Under the pieces are notes generated by a model. That model saw only the letters and a list, made by a program, of their open reading frames with translations, made no database searches and was not told the origin of the DNA. 64,000 nucleotides of DNA from Eledone cirrhosa (Eukaryota), in assembly GCA_964016885.1 (NCBI GenBank), contig OZ024742.1:95976001-96040000 (forward strand), read 5' to 3'. Shown in pieces: positions 25,031 through 38,620 of the stretch; positions within the stretch are counted from its first letter, which is position 1; every line of letters begins with the position of its first letter. The translations under genes and the position numbers were made by a program.

Positions 25031-26894
25031 AGTACTGTGAAAATAGATACAAGGGAACATATAATAGAGTGGGCCACATATTTGATTATCATCGATTTTC
25101 TTTTCAATTATATATTATTGTTGATTATCTACAAAACATTGTTAATTTTTGAGTCAGCCATTTAAAAACTGAAGGCTATGACGGCTATATATTTTGAAAA
25201 ACTTAACCTAGTTTACATTGAATATTTGCAGCAGAGAAGCAAAGTTGTAAAATACAACAGCAATAATAACACCAAGCATTTCCAGGTAATTTTCCGTTGA
25301 AGTAAGAATTATTTATGCAGGTTCTATGACAAGCTTCTCCATTTCATCATATCATCTGCATCCTCGCTCACAACCACCCTGGATTCTATTTCTTCCTCCA
25401 TCACCCTTAGATATGTCTTATTTGCAAAAATTGTAAAATTGAAAAATGAACTTTGGTTTTCATAAAAATATTCAGTTTTGTCTCTTATTCTATGTTATGA
25501 ATATTGCTTTATTGTTTATTTTAAAGAAAGGGCAGAACCCATGGCCCTTTTCTATGAGAGGGATAAAGGTGTCCTGAAACTAAAGAATTGACCCAAATGA
25601 ACTCTACATATGTCACCAAAAATTCAGAAAGTGGCAACAGATTAAGTTTTTGTCCCCTGAAGGCCCCTGCAGGATATGAACTATAAGCAAAAAAAGAGCC
25701 AGAATAAATATTGCAGGGCATCTGGTCTTATATTCTAACAATTCCACCAATCCACTACACCTGAGTTGATGCTTATTTTATTGGCCCTAAATAGATGAAA
25801 TGCAAACTTGAGTTTGGGTAGATTTGAACTTAAAGTGAAGAGAGATTCATAAAACAATATTGATATATTACATAGACACATGAACTGAGATGTGTACTGG
25901 GACAAATAAGAAAGATTTGAAGTATTCTTGGCTCTCTCAAAAACATTAGTGATGCCTGTGGTGTAAACGTTCTAGCACTGGGATTAGAAACAGAGTTCTG
26001 GAATCTGCTTGTCAAGAGCTTATCTCTACTCTACAGATTTTTACATTCTCTACCAATATTTAATCTAGAAGGTTCTATAGACATATAAAATGAACTATTT
26101 ATGTCAATTGTATGGCAGCTGTTTCAGGGAAACAGTCATTTCTTGTCAAGATTAGAAGCTTTCTGTGGAGGATCAGAGAAAGAGATTAACCACAGAAGTG
26201 AATCCTTAGTTTAATCTGTTTTATTTAAGGAATTTAAGTAACAGCTTCTCTTTTCGCATTTAGTTTCCATTGAATATATACATGTATTCTGTTTAGTATG
26301 TGTGTTTGTATGTCTATGTCTATATGTACACACACACATACATATATATACACGCACTCACGTATTTATATACTTATATATATATACATACATATATATA
26401 TATATATACACACACACACATATATATATACACATATATATATATACACACACATATACATATATATGCTTATATCTAAGTATCTGGATAAGTGCATGCA
26501 TATATCTTTATGCATGGATCTCTGTGTTAGAGAATATGTGTGTATGTGTTTCCACACTTTATGTACATATATTTATGTATGTGTGACTTTTGTGCATATG
26601 AATCTGAATATAATGATGTTTAAGTATTGCAATTGATTTTGTCAATAATGTGTTTGATATCTGACCAAAAGGTTAATGGTTCAAATTGCATCACCTATAG
26701 AATGCAATATATGTGATCCAGAAATTTAACACATTCTGTGGCTCATTTTTCAAAGATATGTGCAAATCACTACATGATATAGCAAATATATAGCATAACT
26801 GCTGAATGTGGTGTTAGTTTGCAACCATCATTGTGACTACATCCATGTGAGATAATGTATATATACCAGAGAAAAGTTTGAATTTTGATCAGCT

Positions 26895-27075
26895 TCATCA
26901 TCGTTATTCTCATCATAATTGTCATCATCATAATTAGCATCATCATGATCATCATCATCATAGTCATGATTATTATGATTGTCATTATTATCATCATTGT
27001 CAGTGGCTGCAGCTTCATCATCATCACAATCAATGTCAACATCATCATCAAAGGCATCGATGTTGTCATCATCCC
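26895..27075. repeat. Degenerate (CAT)n trinucleotide tract
   Basis: Directly visible; source of several spurious ORFs. Confidence 0.85.
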
Positions 27076-27711
27076 CATTGCCCTTCTGCACTAGGGATGT
27101 TGTCATACATGTCCTTGTCATACATGTCCTTTACAGAACAAATCCTCTCAACCCTTCTTTTAGCTTGGTTTCTACATTTGGATGCCCTTCTTAACACTAA
27201 CCACTTTACAGAATGTAGTGGGTATATTTTATAGTAAGGTTTACATTTTATAGTAAAGTTACATTTTACACTAAGGTTTAAAACAATATTTTATTATTCT
27301 TTATTTAGGTATCGGTCTACATCCAGGAGATGTAAAGAACAACACCTATTGTTATTTGGGGACATGATATAGTATACGTTAAAGATCAAATGCTACTAAG
27401 ATCCACTTTCTTACTTTCATCCTTTCAAGGTTGATAAAATGTACCAGTGAAGGGGGGTGGATTTACAGAATTGTTAATGTATCAAATGAGATGCCTTTTA
27501 GTATTTGTAAAGAATGTCACAAACAGCTTGTTTGTGAGCAAGCTATAGTGAAATACTCTTAAACACAGATGTAGTCAACCAAGCTTGTAATTTTATGGAG
27601 AATTAGTATCTCTGCTTCAAAAATTTGTTTTATATGAGTTTGTATCCTCTGTTTATCAATGAAAATGGTGAATTTTGCTCCCTGATTGATTGATAGAAAT
27701 AAGGATATATA

Positions 27712-27905
27712 ATTTTGGCACAAAACTAGCAAGTTCATGAGGAAGTAAATTCAAATCAATCAATCCTAGTCCTTGACAGATACTTTATTTTATCAACTGC
27801 CAGAATGATGAAAGGCAAAGTTGACCTTAGCAAGATTTTAAATCAAATTGTAGAGAGCAGTAATGCATTTTATCCAACAGACTAATGAATCTGCCAATCC
27901 TCCAA
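27712..27905 (-). mobile_element. SINE family A, old copy
   Basis: TTTGGCACAA...TACTTTATTTTATC...GATGAAAGGCAAAGTTGACC...CTGCCAATCC. Confidence 0.7.
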
Positions 27906-28759
27906 ACCATATAATGGTCACCTTTATGACAAATATGCATAGGGAATTTACTTGAAAGACCTCCTGGCTGGGTTTCATGGAGCTCATATTTGCTTTCTGC
28001 TGTCTGAATGTGTGATGTTTGCAAAGATTTTGTGTTTCTTTTGATGACAGAAGGGACCTGTTCTGAGCATGTTGTTCTCAAGATTCTATGCCGATGCTCA
28101 TTGTTTTCTATGTTACTTTCAAACTATCCTTGTAAATATTTATGGTCATCAACTACTGTCACCCCTATAGCAGGTCACCAGAGAGGAAATGTTTTAGTGT
28201 TTGTATATTGTTCATGTATGAAGGCAGTGAATTGGCAGAGTTGCTAGAATGTCAGATAAAATACTTTGCAGTATTTGTTCTGGCTCTCTGCCAAGGTCAA
28301 CTATACTTTTCATTCTTTTGTGATCGATAAAAGAAATACCAATCCAGTATTGGGGTTCATTCTTCCTCTACATCTCTTTCTTATTTACTCACCATCAATA
28401 TATCTCTGTCTCTGAAACACATCAGATGGGAGACACCTGTTGACCAGAGAGACTGATGATTAGTATCTGCCAGTATCTCAGGCAGACCAAAGCATCTTCT
28501 ATTTTCAAGAAAGATCTCTACATTTACCCCAGTTGCAGATTTGATATCACTGTATTGAATGTGATGCAAGTGTCTTTACCATAGCCTCCAGTTTACCCAG
28601 GCCTTGTGAATAAAATTGTTGTGATGTAAATTGTGTAGAAGTCCATGAGATAGACTGTACCTTTAAATCCTTTAACTCCTGCTGATTCAGCTGTTGTTTT
28701 ACATCAAGAGTAAATTTGTTTGTCAAACATTTAGCTATTTACACTTGACTTAGTAATCA

Positions 28760-29000
28760 GGGAATTTGGATCAAGGCTGAAATGTCATAAGTTTGATGTG
28801 TATTGTTCAGCAATTCACTTTTATTCATGTTGCTCCAGTCCACTCTGTTGGAAAAAGTGAGTTGAGTCTGCAATTCAAAGAGGCTAGCCTTATTGCAGTG
28901 TATCATGCTGAATCCCACAGAGAACTGCATTAAAGATACAGATGTCCATGAAATACAGGTCGTTTCATTGATCAAACAACTGGAATACACTTTGTTGGAA
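28760..29000 (+). mobile_element. Old CORE-type SINE
   Basis: ..CACTTTTATTCATGTTGCTCCAGTCCACTCTGTTGGAAAAAGTGAGT resembles the CORE domain. Confidence 0.55.
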
Positions 29001-29460
29001 GTGACAGAGTACCAACACATACTTTAATTCACAAGTCAAATGTTCAGTTGATTGAACAGCTTAACATTCAAATTTGAAACTAACAGATGATTCACTATCA
29101 TTACCTATATTGACCCATGTATCAGGTCAGCTAGACAGCCAAATTAACAGCTGAAATATGTGAATACAGCATGGATAGTTTGTGTATATTAAGTTGGGAA
29201 AAAAAATTACATGGAAAAGAGAATAATAGATATAAGTGTAGAAAGATGGAAAGAAACACACTGTTAGAAAGGAATTGTGTGGGATAGGAGGATGTGGAAA
29301 ATATATGTTGAGCACTGTTTCACACTAAGCTAAAAGGTATGAGAGAGAAGGAGAAGGTGGTGGTGCTGAAGAAGAAGCTTGAACAAACTTTCCAATTAAA
29401 TAACATCAATGAGTGAGACTCCAATAATAATAACAATGATGATAATAATAATAATAATAA

Positions 29461-29779
29461 ATGTGGAAATTGAGAACTAAAACAATACCAGTGGTTGTAG
29501 GCGCTCTAGTAATGATACCTAAGGGGTCTAATGATTACTTATCGCAAATCCCAGGAAACCCGCGTATAAGAGAAATACAAAAGATAGTACTAATGGGAAC
29601 TGCCCATATACTAAGGAAGATTCTGTCAATATAAGTACATCACAAGTCTAAACACCTAAAGATGCATGTGTGAGTATGTATGTTCTTTCTTGAACATGGT
29701 GGACCTTGTTGTCTCTTGAAGTCACTGGTTGTGACTTGGTGATAACTCGTATGAACATAAAGCAAGATAAATGTAGCTG
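29461..29779 (+). mobile_element. R4/Dong-clade 3' end inserted in (TAA)n
   Basis: Translates MWKLRTKTIPVVVGALVMIPKGSNDYLSQIPGNPRIREIQKIVLMGTAHILRKILSI*. (TAA)n on both sides. Confidence 0.8.
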
Positions 29780-29803
29780 TAATAATAATAATAATAATAA
29801 TGA

Positions 29804-29900
29804 TAATAATGCTTTATTTATTACCCACAAGGGTTTACACAAAGTAAGACATTAAGGACAGTACAGGACAATGCAGGACGGTACAAATGGGCATTTCTGC
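29804..29900 (-). mobile_element. 3' tail of the Tx1/L1-like element seen at 43707-44215
   Basis: Reverse complement of about 44140-44215 (TTGTCCTGTACTGTC..TAATAAA.AAAGCATTATT). Confidence 0.65.
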
Positions 29901-30516
29901 GTGTAAAAGAAGAAGAAGAAGAAGGTGGCGGTGGTGGTGATGGGTGGGTGTTGCTGCTGAAGGAAGGAGTAGGAGGTGTATCATCATCATAATCACATCC
30001 AGATTTCCAGGTTTGTATGTGTTGGGCAAGGCATCTTTGAGATAGTTTCCCCCTTTTCTTTCTTTTAGTCATCTCTGTTCAGTATCTTGAGGTCAGCTCT
30101 CACCACTTCTACTAACATCTCTCTCGATCTTCCAGTTCCATGGCTTCCCTCTACCTGGCTCCTCTCAATCAAGTGATTATTTGTAAATTGAAGTAAATTA
30201 TGTTGTTGATTTTTAAGTATGTATGCTGTATTTTTTTTTGTATTTTTGGGGGGTTTGATTTCTGTTTTTGTAATGTTTCCAAACATACTGATTGCTTTCC
30301 TGAATTATACTGAAAGATAATAGTTCTATATATTTAATTCTTCATTAAAAGATTTCCTCTAGTAAGTTGATTAGTTGTTCTCTGTCTTGGTTATAGTAAT
30401 GACTAATTTATTTTAAATGGCACTTAAGAATTCTAAAAAAGATATTTTTCTATGTGATGATAGTAATGGCTTCAAATTTGATTTTGTTTCTTTAAAAAAA
30501 GCAACAAGTGTGTGAA

Positions 30517-30554
<38 letters not shown>

Positions 30555-30643
30555 ATGTGGTGTCTATAGAGTAGAAGGGTAAGTGAAAATAGAAAGAAGT
30601 ATATGAATATTCCTTGAGTTAAAATGTAGTATTTAAGATAACC

Positions 30644-31025
30644 TTAACCCTTTTGTTTCCATACTTCTTATGAAAATCACCGTATATGATTTTTAAATAA
30701 TAATTTTGAAAATAATCCAAAATTTGTGGGGATTTAGAATTATAACAAACTTTCTCATTATCTGAAAACCATTATTTGAACATAACTTAAAGGTTCTTAC
30801 ATGATATTATGATTAATGTTTTTAGATAAACTTTAACACTTTAATCATTTCTTGATCATGTTTCTAATGAAAGATACTGACAATAATTTTCATGTAGTTT
30901 TGAAAGTAATCAAGAATTTGGAGGAATTTAGTAACATAACTAACTTATTCATTATTAAGCTAGTGTTTAGAATATAACTTTAAAAATGTTCATACATAAA
31001 ATTGTGATGGAGCATTTCAGATAAT
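30644..31025 (-). mobile_element. Two tandem partial family M MITEs
   Basis: Starts TTAA|CCCTTTTGTTTCC; body is repeated twice. Confidence 0.65.
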
Positions 31026-31027
31026 AA

Positions 31028-31160
31028 TAATTGTTTCTACTTTTGGCACAAGGCCAGCAATTAACCAGTACATTACTGGTACTTTATTTCATCGACCCCA
31101 TAAGGATGAAAGGTAAAGTTAAACTTGGTGGGATTTGAACTCAGATCATAAAAGGGCGTG
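31028..31160 (-). mobile_element. SINE family A, 5'-truncated
   Basis: AATTGTTTCTACTTTTGGCACAAGGCCAGC...GGATTTGAACTCAGATC. Confidence 0.85.
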
Positions 31161-32744
31161 GACCTAGCTTGCCTTACTTGATATGTAGTGTTAGTGTGCC
31201 TGAACAGATTAGTTATAGGAAAAACTAAGTATAAGGGGAATCAGAAATAGTGTACTGGTGTGGACACAAGATGTGTATGGATGATGATCATTGAGTGAAG
31301 AAGTGCAAGCATTTTCTAATGGATGGAAACAGCAAAAGTGCTAGACTGCAAAAGCTTGGTCAGAGATGACAAGGAATATAAAAAGTGGGGGAAAACTGTG
31401 CTGGAAAAGATTTTGTGTGGCATCAACACTAGAGAGCTTGTATCATGAGTGGAATGTCCTCTAAACCCTTTTCAGCATAGTTTCTATGTTTGAAAGTAGT
31501 TTCTCCACCAACCACATTGCAGAGTTTACTGGTTATCAAGTTTAAGAAGAGTGAAGTTGGAGACGAGGGTGTACAGAATAACTACCGAGAGATAGTGGAT
31601 GCAATGCACTTATGTGTCAAGTCACATCTTTTGTACTTCTCCAGTACCACACATCAACAGGCTTTTTTATCTTTGTTATGAGGCTCAGCTTCTTAAAGTT
31701 GGTCTTCACTAGTTCATACAATATATTCTTAGGTCTACCTTTTCTACAAGTCATAGTCACTGAAATTGTTCAGTACTCAGCACTTCTTTATACAGTTCTC
31801 TCCTATATCCATCACAAGCCCATACCAATTTGATTTTCTTTTTAACACATTACATCCAATTCCACTTTTACCACGTTCTCTCATCTCACTTGTACTACAC
31901 CTGGTATGCACACTAACATTACACATCCATCAGAGCATACGTGTTTCATTTCTTTCATTTCAGAGAGAAAGAGAGAGTGATTAATATATAGAAATAGAGA
32001 TAAATATTAATGTGTGTGCTTCTCTTCACATAAACTCCGTAAGTTGAGACTGTTTAAATAACCAGTGCTGTTTGGTTAATCCTTGCATAAACAATCTGTT
32101 TTACATCTTAGGAAATGTACTAGTAAAGATCAGTGGACTAAGCATCATATTTGAAAATAAGTAAGGTCTAGCATCAGATTGGGCTTCTGAGCAGAAAATA
32201 CTGCCTCACAAATATCCCAACTAAACCATGCCAACATTGGAAAGTAGATGTAAAAGAAAGATGCTTTATTTTTCTAATTCTTTTACTGGTCTGAGTTATT
32301 AGACTGCAGCCATGCTGGGGCACAGCTTTCATTTGTTTACTTAATCATATCAACTCCGGTACATTCTTTTGAAAGTATAGTACATTTTATCAATCTCTAT
32401 TTGTCAATCTGCTAGGTAATGGGACATAAAAAATGCAGTAAACACAGATATGGATACACATATATATGCCGGCAGTGTTTTGGCAATATTGAAACTGTCA
32501 CACTGAGTGAATGATAATCCTGGATTAAACAAATATGAAGTTAGGGCAATAATTTTTTGAAGTGTTCCAGATAATTTGATATTTTAATTGGAATTTAATG
32601 AATAAATATAATTTAGCAAAAATTTGTTTGTTTCTGGTTGAATAAAATTTTAACATTTGGTAATATATCATTTGGAAAATTGACAAATTGAAGGTTTGAA
32701 GATATTCTAACACAGAAAGGCTTCTTGGTGACTTTGATAAAAAT

Positions 32745-33030
32745 CTCTCTCCCTCTCTCTCACTCTCCCTTTTACTCTCTCCCTATTTCTTTTTCTTTTT
32801 TGCCCTCTCTTTCTCTCTATATATCTCTATATCACTATCTATCCATATAACTGTCTTTCACCCTCTCTTTCTTCCCAGTTCTCTTTCACTCTATTTCTCC
32901 CTCTATCTATCTATCTCTGTTCTTTTTCCCCTATTCTCTTTCACTATCTCTGTCTATATCCATCTACATACCTATCTATTTCTATCCTTATTTCATCCCC
33001 TTTTTCTTCCCAGTTCCCTTTCACACTATT
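32745..33030. repeat. CT-rich low-complexity tract
   Basis: Polypyrimidine/(CT)n/(CTAT)n with a duplicated CTTCCCAGTT motif. Confidence 0.8.
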
Positions 33031-33063
33031 TACCTCAAAACTCATATATAAAGGTAGTTTATC

Positions 33064-33317
33064 TTGACTCTTTTGATACAAAACTATCTGAAACCACTCA
33101 TAATTATATGATATAAAGCTGTTTGTTTTACGGCATCTGTATTTATCTAAAATTCTTGCATCCTAACTTTATGTAAGAACATTTGTTAAATTATGCTCCC
33201 AACACCAGCTTAATAATAAGAAAGTTATTTATTTTACTGAATCCTTCCAAATTCTTAATTATTTTCAAAATAAATTTAAAGACAGGCAGTGTCTTTCATT
33301 AGCAACTAAAGGGTTAA
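33064..33317 (+). mobile_element. TTAA/piggyBac-like MITE (family M), near complete
   Basis: TTGA|CTCTTTTGATAC ... CAACTAAAGGG|TTAA. Confidence 0.7.
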
Positions 33318-34230
33318 TAGTTTCCAATTATGAATAAAGCCATACAATGCCGGAATAAGTAAGTGCACTAAGTTTTAAATTAAGTGAACAATTATTATGT
33401 CTTTCACTTTATTATTAAGGCTCTTTTTTGATTGCTGGAAATCCTATAGATATGATCTCCCTCAAGGTATTTAATATGACAGAATGAATAGAGCACTGGA
33501 TATTTGTTCTGGGTCTTCTGTGTTCTGATTTTAAATCCCCCCATGGTCTCCTTTGCTTTTCCTCCATATGAGATTGATGAAGCTGGTACCAGCCCGGAGC
33601 TGAGGGAGATTTCTCCCCTCCCAGCTGTCACACCCTAGATGTTGCACTAGATCAAATAAGGGAAAGTTGAGAAGATATACCTGTACTTGATGTATGCACC
33701 ATGAACACCAGCACAGCACCAGCTGAGGCCATACATTTAGTTCAGCAGCGTCTAGAGGAATGACAGAGACTTGTGGCAAATACCAAGAGAGATGTCTTCC
33801 TCCATCCATATCCACAAAGCCTAACTCACCACATAGCCAGGAATGAACTTATACAGCACAAGGAAAGATGAGATGTGACCACCCAAGCAAGATACGTGCT
33901 AAACAACTTTCAGAACCTGCAGTCGAAGAGAAGCTATGAGCAACGCTTTTTAAGAAATGTTGTTGAGAGTATAAGAGAACACAAACACAGTCACAAACAC
34001 CACACACCAACAGCAACCACTACCCTTAGTCTTAATAGCAACAACAAAAACTTGCAGACAAAACCAAATGATGACAGGCACAACAACAGCAAAAAGAAGA
34101 AGGAAAATGTGGGAAAGAAATGAGAGAGCAAACATAAAACCTGGGTCTACATTGATCTGCCATACCAAGGAGAACAGACAGAATATCATCTTAGAAAATG
34201 TATCAGAAGATATACATACATATACACATA

Positions 34231-34372
34231 TATAAAAAATTTGATATAGAAATGTCTTCTACCGGACTAGAAGTGTTTCATTCGAAGGAAATCATCAGGA
34301 AAGCCTGATAATTTCCTTCCAATGAAAAAGTTGTGGTCCTGTAGAAGACATTTCTATATCAAATTTTGTATA
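34231..34372. repeat. Near-perfect palindrome (about 68-bp arms, 4-nt loop), probably Penelope-derived
   Basis: Perfect 27-bp match between 34236-34262 and 34341-34367. Each arm carries CTGAT(G/A)A..GAAA. A related sequence lies at about 3840-3890. Confidence 0.85.
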
Positions 34373-34444
34373 TACTCTACTAATGTATTGGGTACCTTAT
34401 TTACTGTGGTTACGCCTGGAACTCACATACATACAGACATATAT

Positions 34445-34755
34445 CATCATCATCATCATTTTACATCTGCTTTTCCCTGCTTGCAAGGGTGGGACAGGTC
34501 CTATTCAGCACAGCATCTCTCCACTTGTCACTCGTCATCTATTCGGTGAGTTTCAGCGATCTGAGGTCTGCTCTCACCACCTCCATCCATGTTTTTCGTG
34601 GTCTTCCTCTTCTGCGTCTTCCTTCTACTGGGATTTCTTGGCACTTCTTTACACAGTGATCATCCTCCATGCACATCACATGTCCATACCATCTCAGTCT
34701 TTGCTCCTGCACACCACAACTTATCCCTCTTATATCCAGTTTCTTTCTCAAATCG
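34445..34755 (-). mobile_element. RTE LINE 3' fragment flanked by (TA)n
   Basis: RKKLDIRGISCGVQEQRLRWYGHV...GRRRRGRPRKTW plus (GAT)n tail. Confidence 0.85.
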
Positions 34756-35849
34756 TCTATATATATATATAAACAAGGTTTCCCCTTAAAACATTGTTTT
34801 TCATTTGATGTCTTGTCCTCTCTTTATTATTTTTCGTATGTTTATCAATACTAATGTAACAAATATGTTTTCCTCCCCCTCTCCCCATTTATTGCAATAG
34901 CTTACACATTTTTTAACACGATATCTTACTTTTGTCTTCTTGCTTTTTTCTTTCTTTCTTTTTTCTTTGTTTCATGACTCTTGGGTTATAAGGGGCACCA
35001 CACATTCCCCTGACATCACATAAGATTCTATATGTATTCGTAGCTTAATTTCTATAAATTAATGTTTTGTCTCTTGAATCTTACTCCACTGGAGAGCATT
35101 TGGCTTGTGTCAGATGCTGGGACCCTGAGTGGGTCAGCAGTACTGTTGGTAGGCGTTGAAACTGCCAAAATCCACATCAACCGCTGATGAATCTGGAGTT
35201 CTGTGTCCTTTGTTTACATTTTTATTTTTTTTAAATAATATTTTATTAGCACTCTGAGACAGGTTTTGCTTGATAAAACTTTATTCCATATCTCATTGAG
35301 TGAGTAAATGTAAGCAATTTAAGTATCACTAATAATATAACCTTGTCAAAATATATATATATATATATATATCATCATCATCATCATCAGTGTTTAATAT
35401 CCACATAAATATATGAAGGCAGTGAATTGCCAGCAGGGTCGTTAGAACATCAGAATACTTTGCAGCAATAATTCTGGGTCTCTACTCTCCAGTCATGATC
35501 AAATTTGCCTTTCATCCTTTCAAGGTTAATAAAAAAACTATCAACCAGTACTGGGATAGGTTCTTCTTCTATATCTCATTGTCATTCCCACCATCTCTCC
35601 CCAACTCTCTCTCTATATATATAATTCTCTCTCTCTCTCCTTCACTGGAAGAAATCTGCTATGTCCAGTCCTTGGATTTCTCTTACATCTTCACTCAGCA
35701 ATCATCATCCATAAGCCTCACATGTCCATAACAGTATAATCCTCTCTCTTGCATATGACAACTGATTCCTCTTCAACTCAGTTTTTCTCTCAGTTCATCC
35801 ATGCATTGCATGCACATTAACATTACACATCCATTGATGTATGTATAGA

Positions 35850-37990
35850 CATCAGGCTAAACACAAGGCAGAACAAGACTTAGAGGATTTCAAAGCTGAA
35901 GGACCTTTTGGTTAAATATATGTTTAGAAAGGCCCTATATGATGCATTTCATGACTGGGGTAAAGAGTTAGATACATATGAAGTAGAGAACAAATGGAAA
36001 TTCTTGTGTGACAAGCTTTTGCAAACTACTGATTAGATTTATCGCTGGAGCAAAGCACCAGCCAGACAAAGAATGACAAAGAACACCACAATGGATAGAG
36101 CTTTTATATCCAAGAGATAGGCATGGTAGAAGTGGAAAAATGGCAGTTGCAGGGATTAGTGCCAGGTAGCTAAGAGAGAAACTAGAAGACAGGTATACAA
36201 TTCCAGGGAAAGGCTGAAATAAAAGGACCAGAAACGTAAAGTGTTTTGCTTCGCAAAGCAGTGTTTTTCTGAGGGAATCAGAACATAGTTGGGGAAAAGT
36301 GTGTTAAAAGTGATGCTGGTGCACTTAGAACCATTGATGCTCAAATGGAAGAGGCCTGAAATGTTACTATGAAAGACTGATGAACATAGAGGATGAATGG
36401 AAGGAAGAGAGACTATATCCAACTTACCCAATAGAGGGACCTACTATTGAAGTCGATAGTTAGAGGGTAAAAAAAGCAATTAAAGAAATGAAGAATGGCA
36501 AAGCTGCAGGACCATCAAAGATAGTTGCTGAGATGCTCAAAGCATTGGGAGAAGTAGGAGTTGAACTAGTAACCCACATATTCAATCATGAAACACAGGA
36601 TGGAGATATACCCATTGCCTGGTGCAGCAGTGCAATCATAAATTGCTTCAAGGGCAAAGGTGATGTTCTAGTAAAGAGCAACTATATAGGAATAAGCCTA
36701 ATGGGCCAAGTTATGAAAGTGATTATTATAGTCAAATCAGACAAAATGCAGTTTAGTTTCATGCCTGGGAAATGTACTACATATGCCCTCTTCTTAGTGA
36801 AACAACTGCAAGAGAAATTCCTAGCCAAGAATAAGACATTATACTTAGCTTTTGTTGATATAAAAAACCCTTTGACAGAGTATCTTGATTTTTTATATGG
36901 TGGTCCTTAAAGAAATTAGGTGTATAAGAATAGGTAGTGAGAGCAATGCAAACCATGTACAGAGGAGCTGTCAGTAAAGAGAGAGTAGGAATTGAGTTTA
37001 GTTAAGAATTCAAGGTTCAGGTGAGAGTCCATCAGGACTCAGTTCTTAGCCCACTGCTATTCATCTTAGTTCTTCAGGCCATAACAAAGGAGTTTAAGAC
37101 TGGTTATACATGGGAACTTTTTTACGTGGATGACCAGGTACTAATAGACAGATCCATAAAAGGACTAGAGAATAGGTTCTGATTATAGAAGGAGAACTTA
37201 GAATCAAAAGGGAAACGGCCCTGCTCAATATGTTGAAAAGGAGTAGGCATTAACTCTACATGATGAACACAATGTAAATCATTGGTACACAAAAGATGTG
37301 GAATAACTGGTAGACTAACGGGAAGGAAAGATTTGTACATAGGTGTGCAGGGGTAATTGGAGGGGGAGGAAGGATATAAACCTTTTTCAATCACAGGGAG
37401 GATCCATAGAAGTGATTGATAGCTTCTGCTATCTGTTGACCTAATTAGCAGTGAAAGATTATACCCTGAGAGCAAAGTAGTTAGAATAAAGATAGGATGA
37501 AGGAAGTTTAGAGAGCTACTCCTACTGTTGATAACAAAAGGTTTCTCCTTACATACAAAATGACAACTGTATGACACCTGCCTGTGAAGTGCAATGCTGC
37601 ATGGTGGTAATACATGGGCAGTGACTGCAGAAGAGATGCACAGACTAAGGAGAAATGAAACAGCCAGGCTTCATTGGATATGCAATGAAAATATGGGAGA
37701 AAGGCAGAGCTTGGTTGAGAGGGAGAAACTAGGTTTAAGAAGAATCTGATGTGATATGCAAGAGAGAAGACTGCATTGGTATGATCATGTGATACACACG
37801 GATGATGATTGCTGGGTGGAGAGGTTCCAGGAAATCCCAGTAGAGGGAAGCTGCAGTCGAGGTAGACCAAGCAAGATCTGGGCTGAGGTGGTGAGAGCCG
37901 ATCTCACTCACAGAGGAGATGAAGTAACATAGCAAGTGGAGGGTGTCTGTACTGAATAGGACACATTCAACCAATGCAAACTGGGAAAAA
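35850..37990 (+). mobile_element. Old, internally deleted RTE LINE of the PHD-bearing lineage
   Basis: MKNGKAAGPSKIVAEMLK...KGKGD..SNYIGISL...QFSFMPG..QLQEKFLAKNKTLYLAFVD, followed by decayed RT, Cys-rich insert (about 37210-37350) and C-terminus collinear with 45625-46914. Confidence 0.85.
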
Positions 37991-38248
37991 GAATGTTGTG
38001 CTCATGTCCAGGGATGCTAAAAATAGAGTAAAGATCTTTAAAAGACAGAAAAAAAAGTTATCATCAGTCATAGCAGTCAGGTGCTTTTCACCATTAAGCT
38101 ATTTTTACAATCTCTGTGCATGAGCACATTGTTCTTTATATTAATTTTATATTCTCAGTACTTAAAGTCCGAGAAATCAGCTGAATATTTTCACATATAT
38201 ATGCATCATCATTTAACGTCCATTTTCCACACACACACTATATATATA

Positions 38249-38620
38249 TCATCATCATCATCATCATCAACGTTTAACGTCCGTGTTCCACGCTTGCATG
38301 GGTTTGGACGGGGGTTTTCCCACTTGAGGCAAGAGTGATTATCTTGCTCGCATAGGACTATCTGGCGGGTTTTCTACAGCTGGATGCCCTTCCTAACACC
38401 AACCACATTTACAATGTGGGGCTGGGAGGTTTTTACCGTGTTACTTACACGGCCACATTACAGCGTGGACTGTCTGGGGGGTCTTCTACAGTTGGATGCC
38501 CTTCCTAACACCAACCACATTTACAGTGTGGGGCTGGGAGGTTTTTACCGTGTTGCCTACACGGCCACATTACAGCGTGAACTGTGTGTTTTTGATGTGA
38601 CACCTACACGATCTCATTTG
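38249..38620 (-). mobile_element. RTE 3' UTR fragment with an internal tandem duplication of about 113 bp
   Basis: Matches the reverse complement of 47050-47311. The block CTACAG.TGGATGCCCTTCC...CATTACAGCGTG occurs twice. (TA)n on both flanks. Confidence 0.85.

Noticed and set aside
26298-27194. Asp-, Met-, Ile- and Ser-rich ORFs and YI/HT ORFs
   Set aside because: Products of (CAT)n and (TA)/(CA)n repeats in multiple frames.
33530-34200. GC-richer segment with short ORFs
   Set aside because: Probably a decayed TE, but no diagnostic motif could be recognised, so it was left uncalled.
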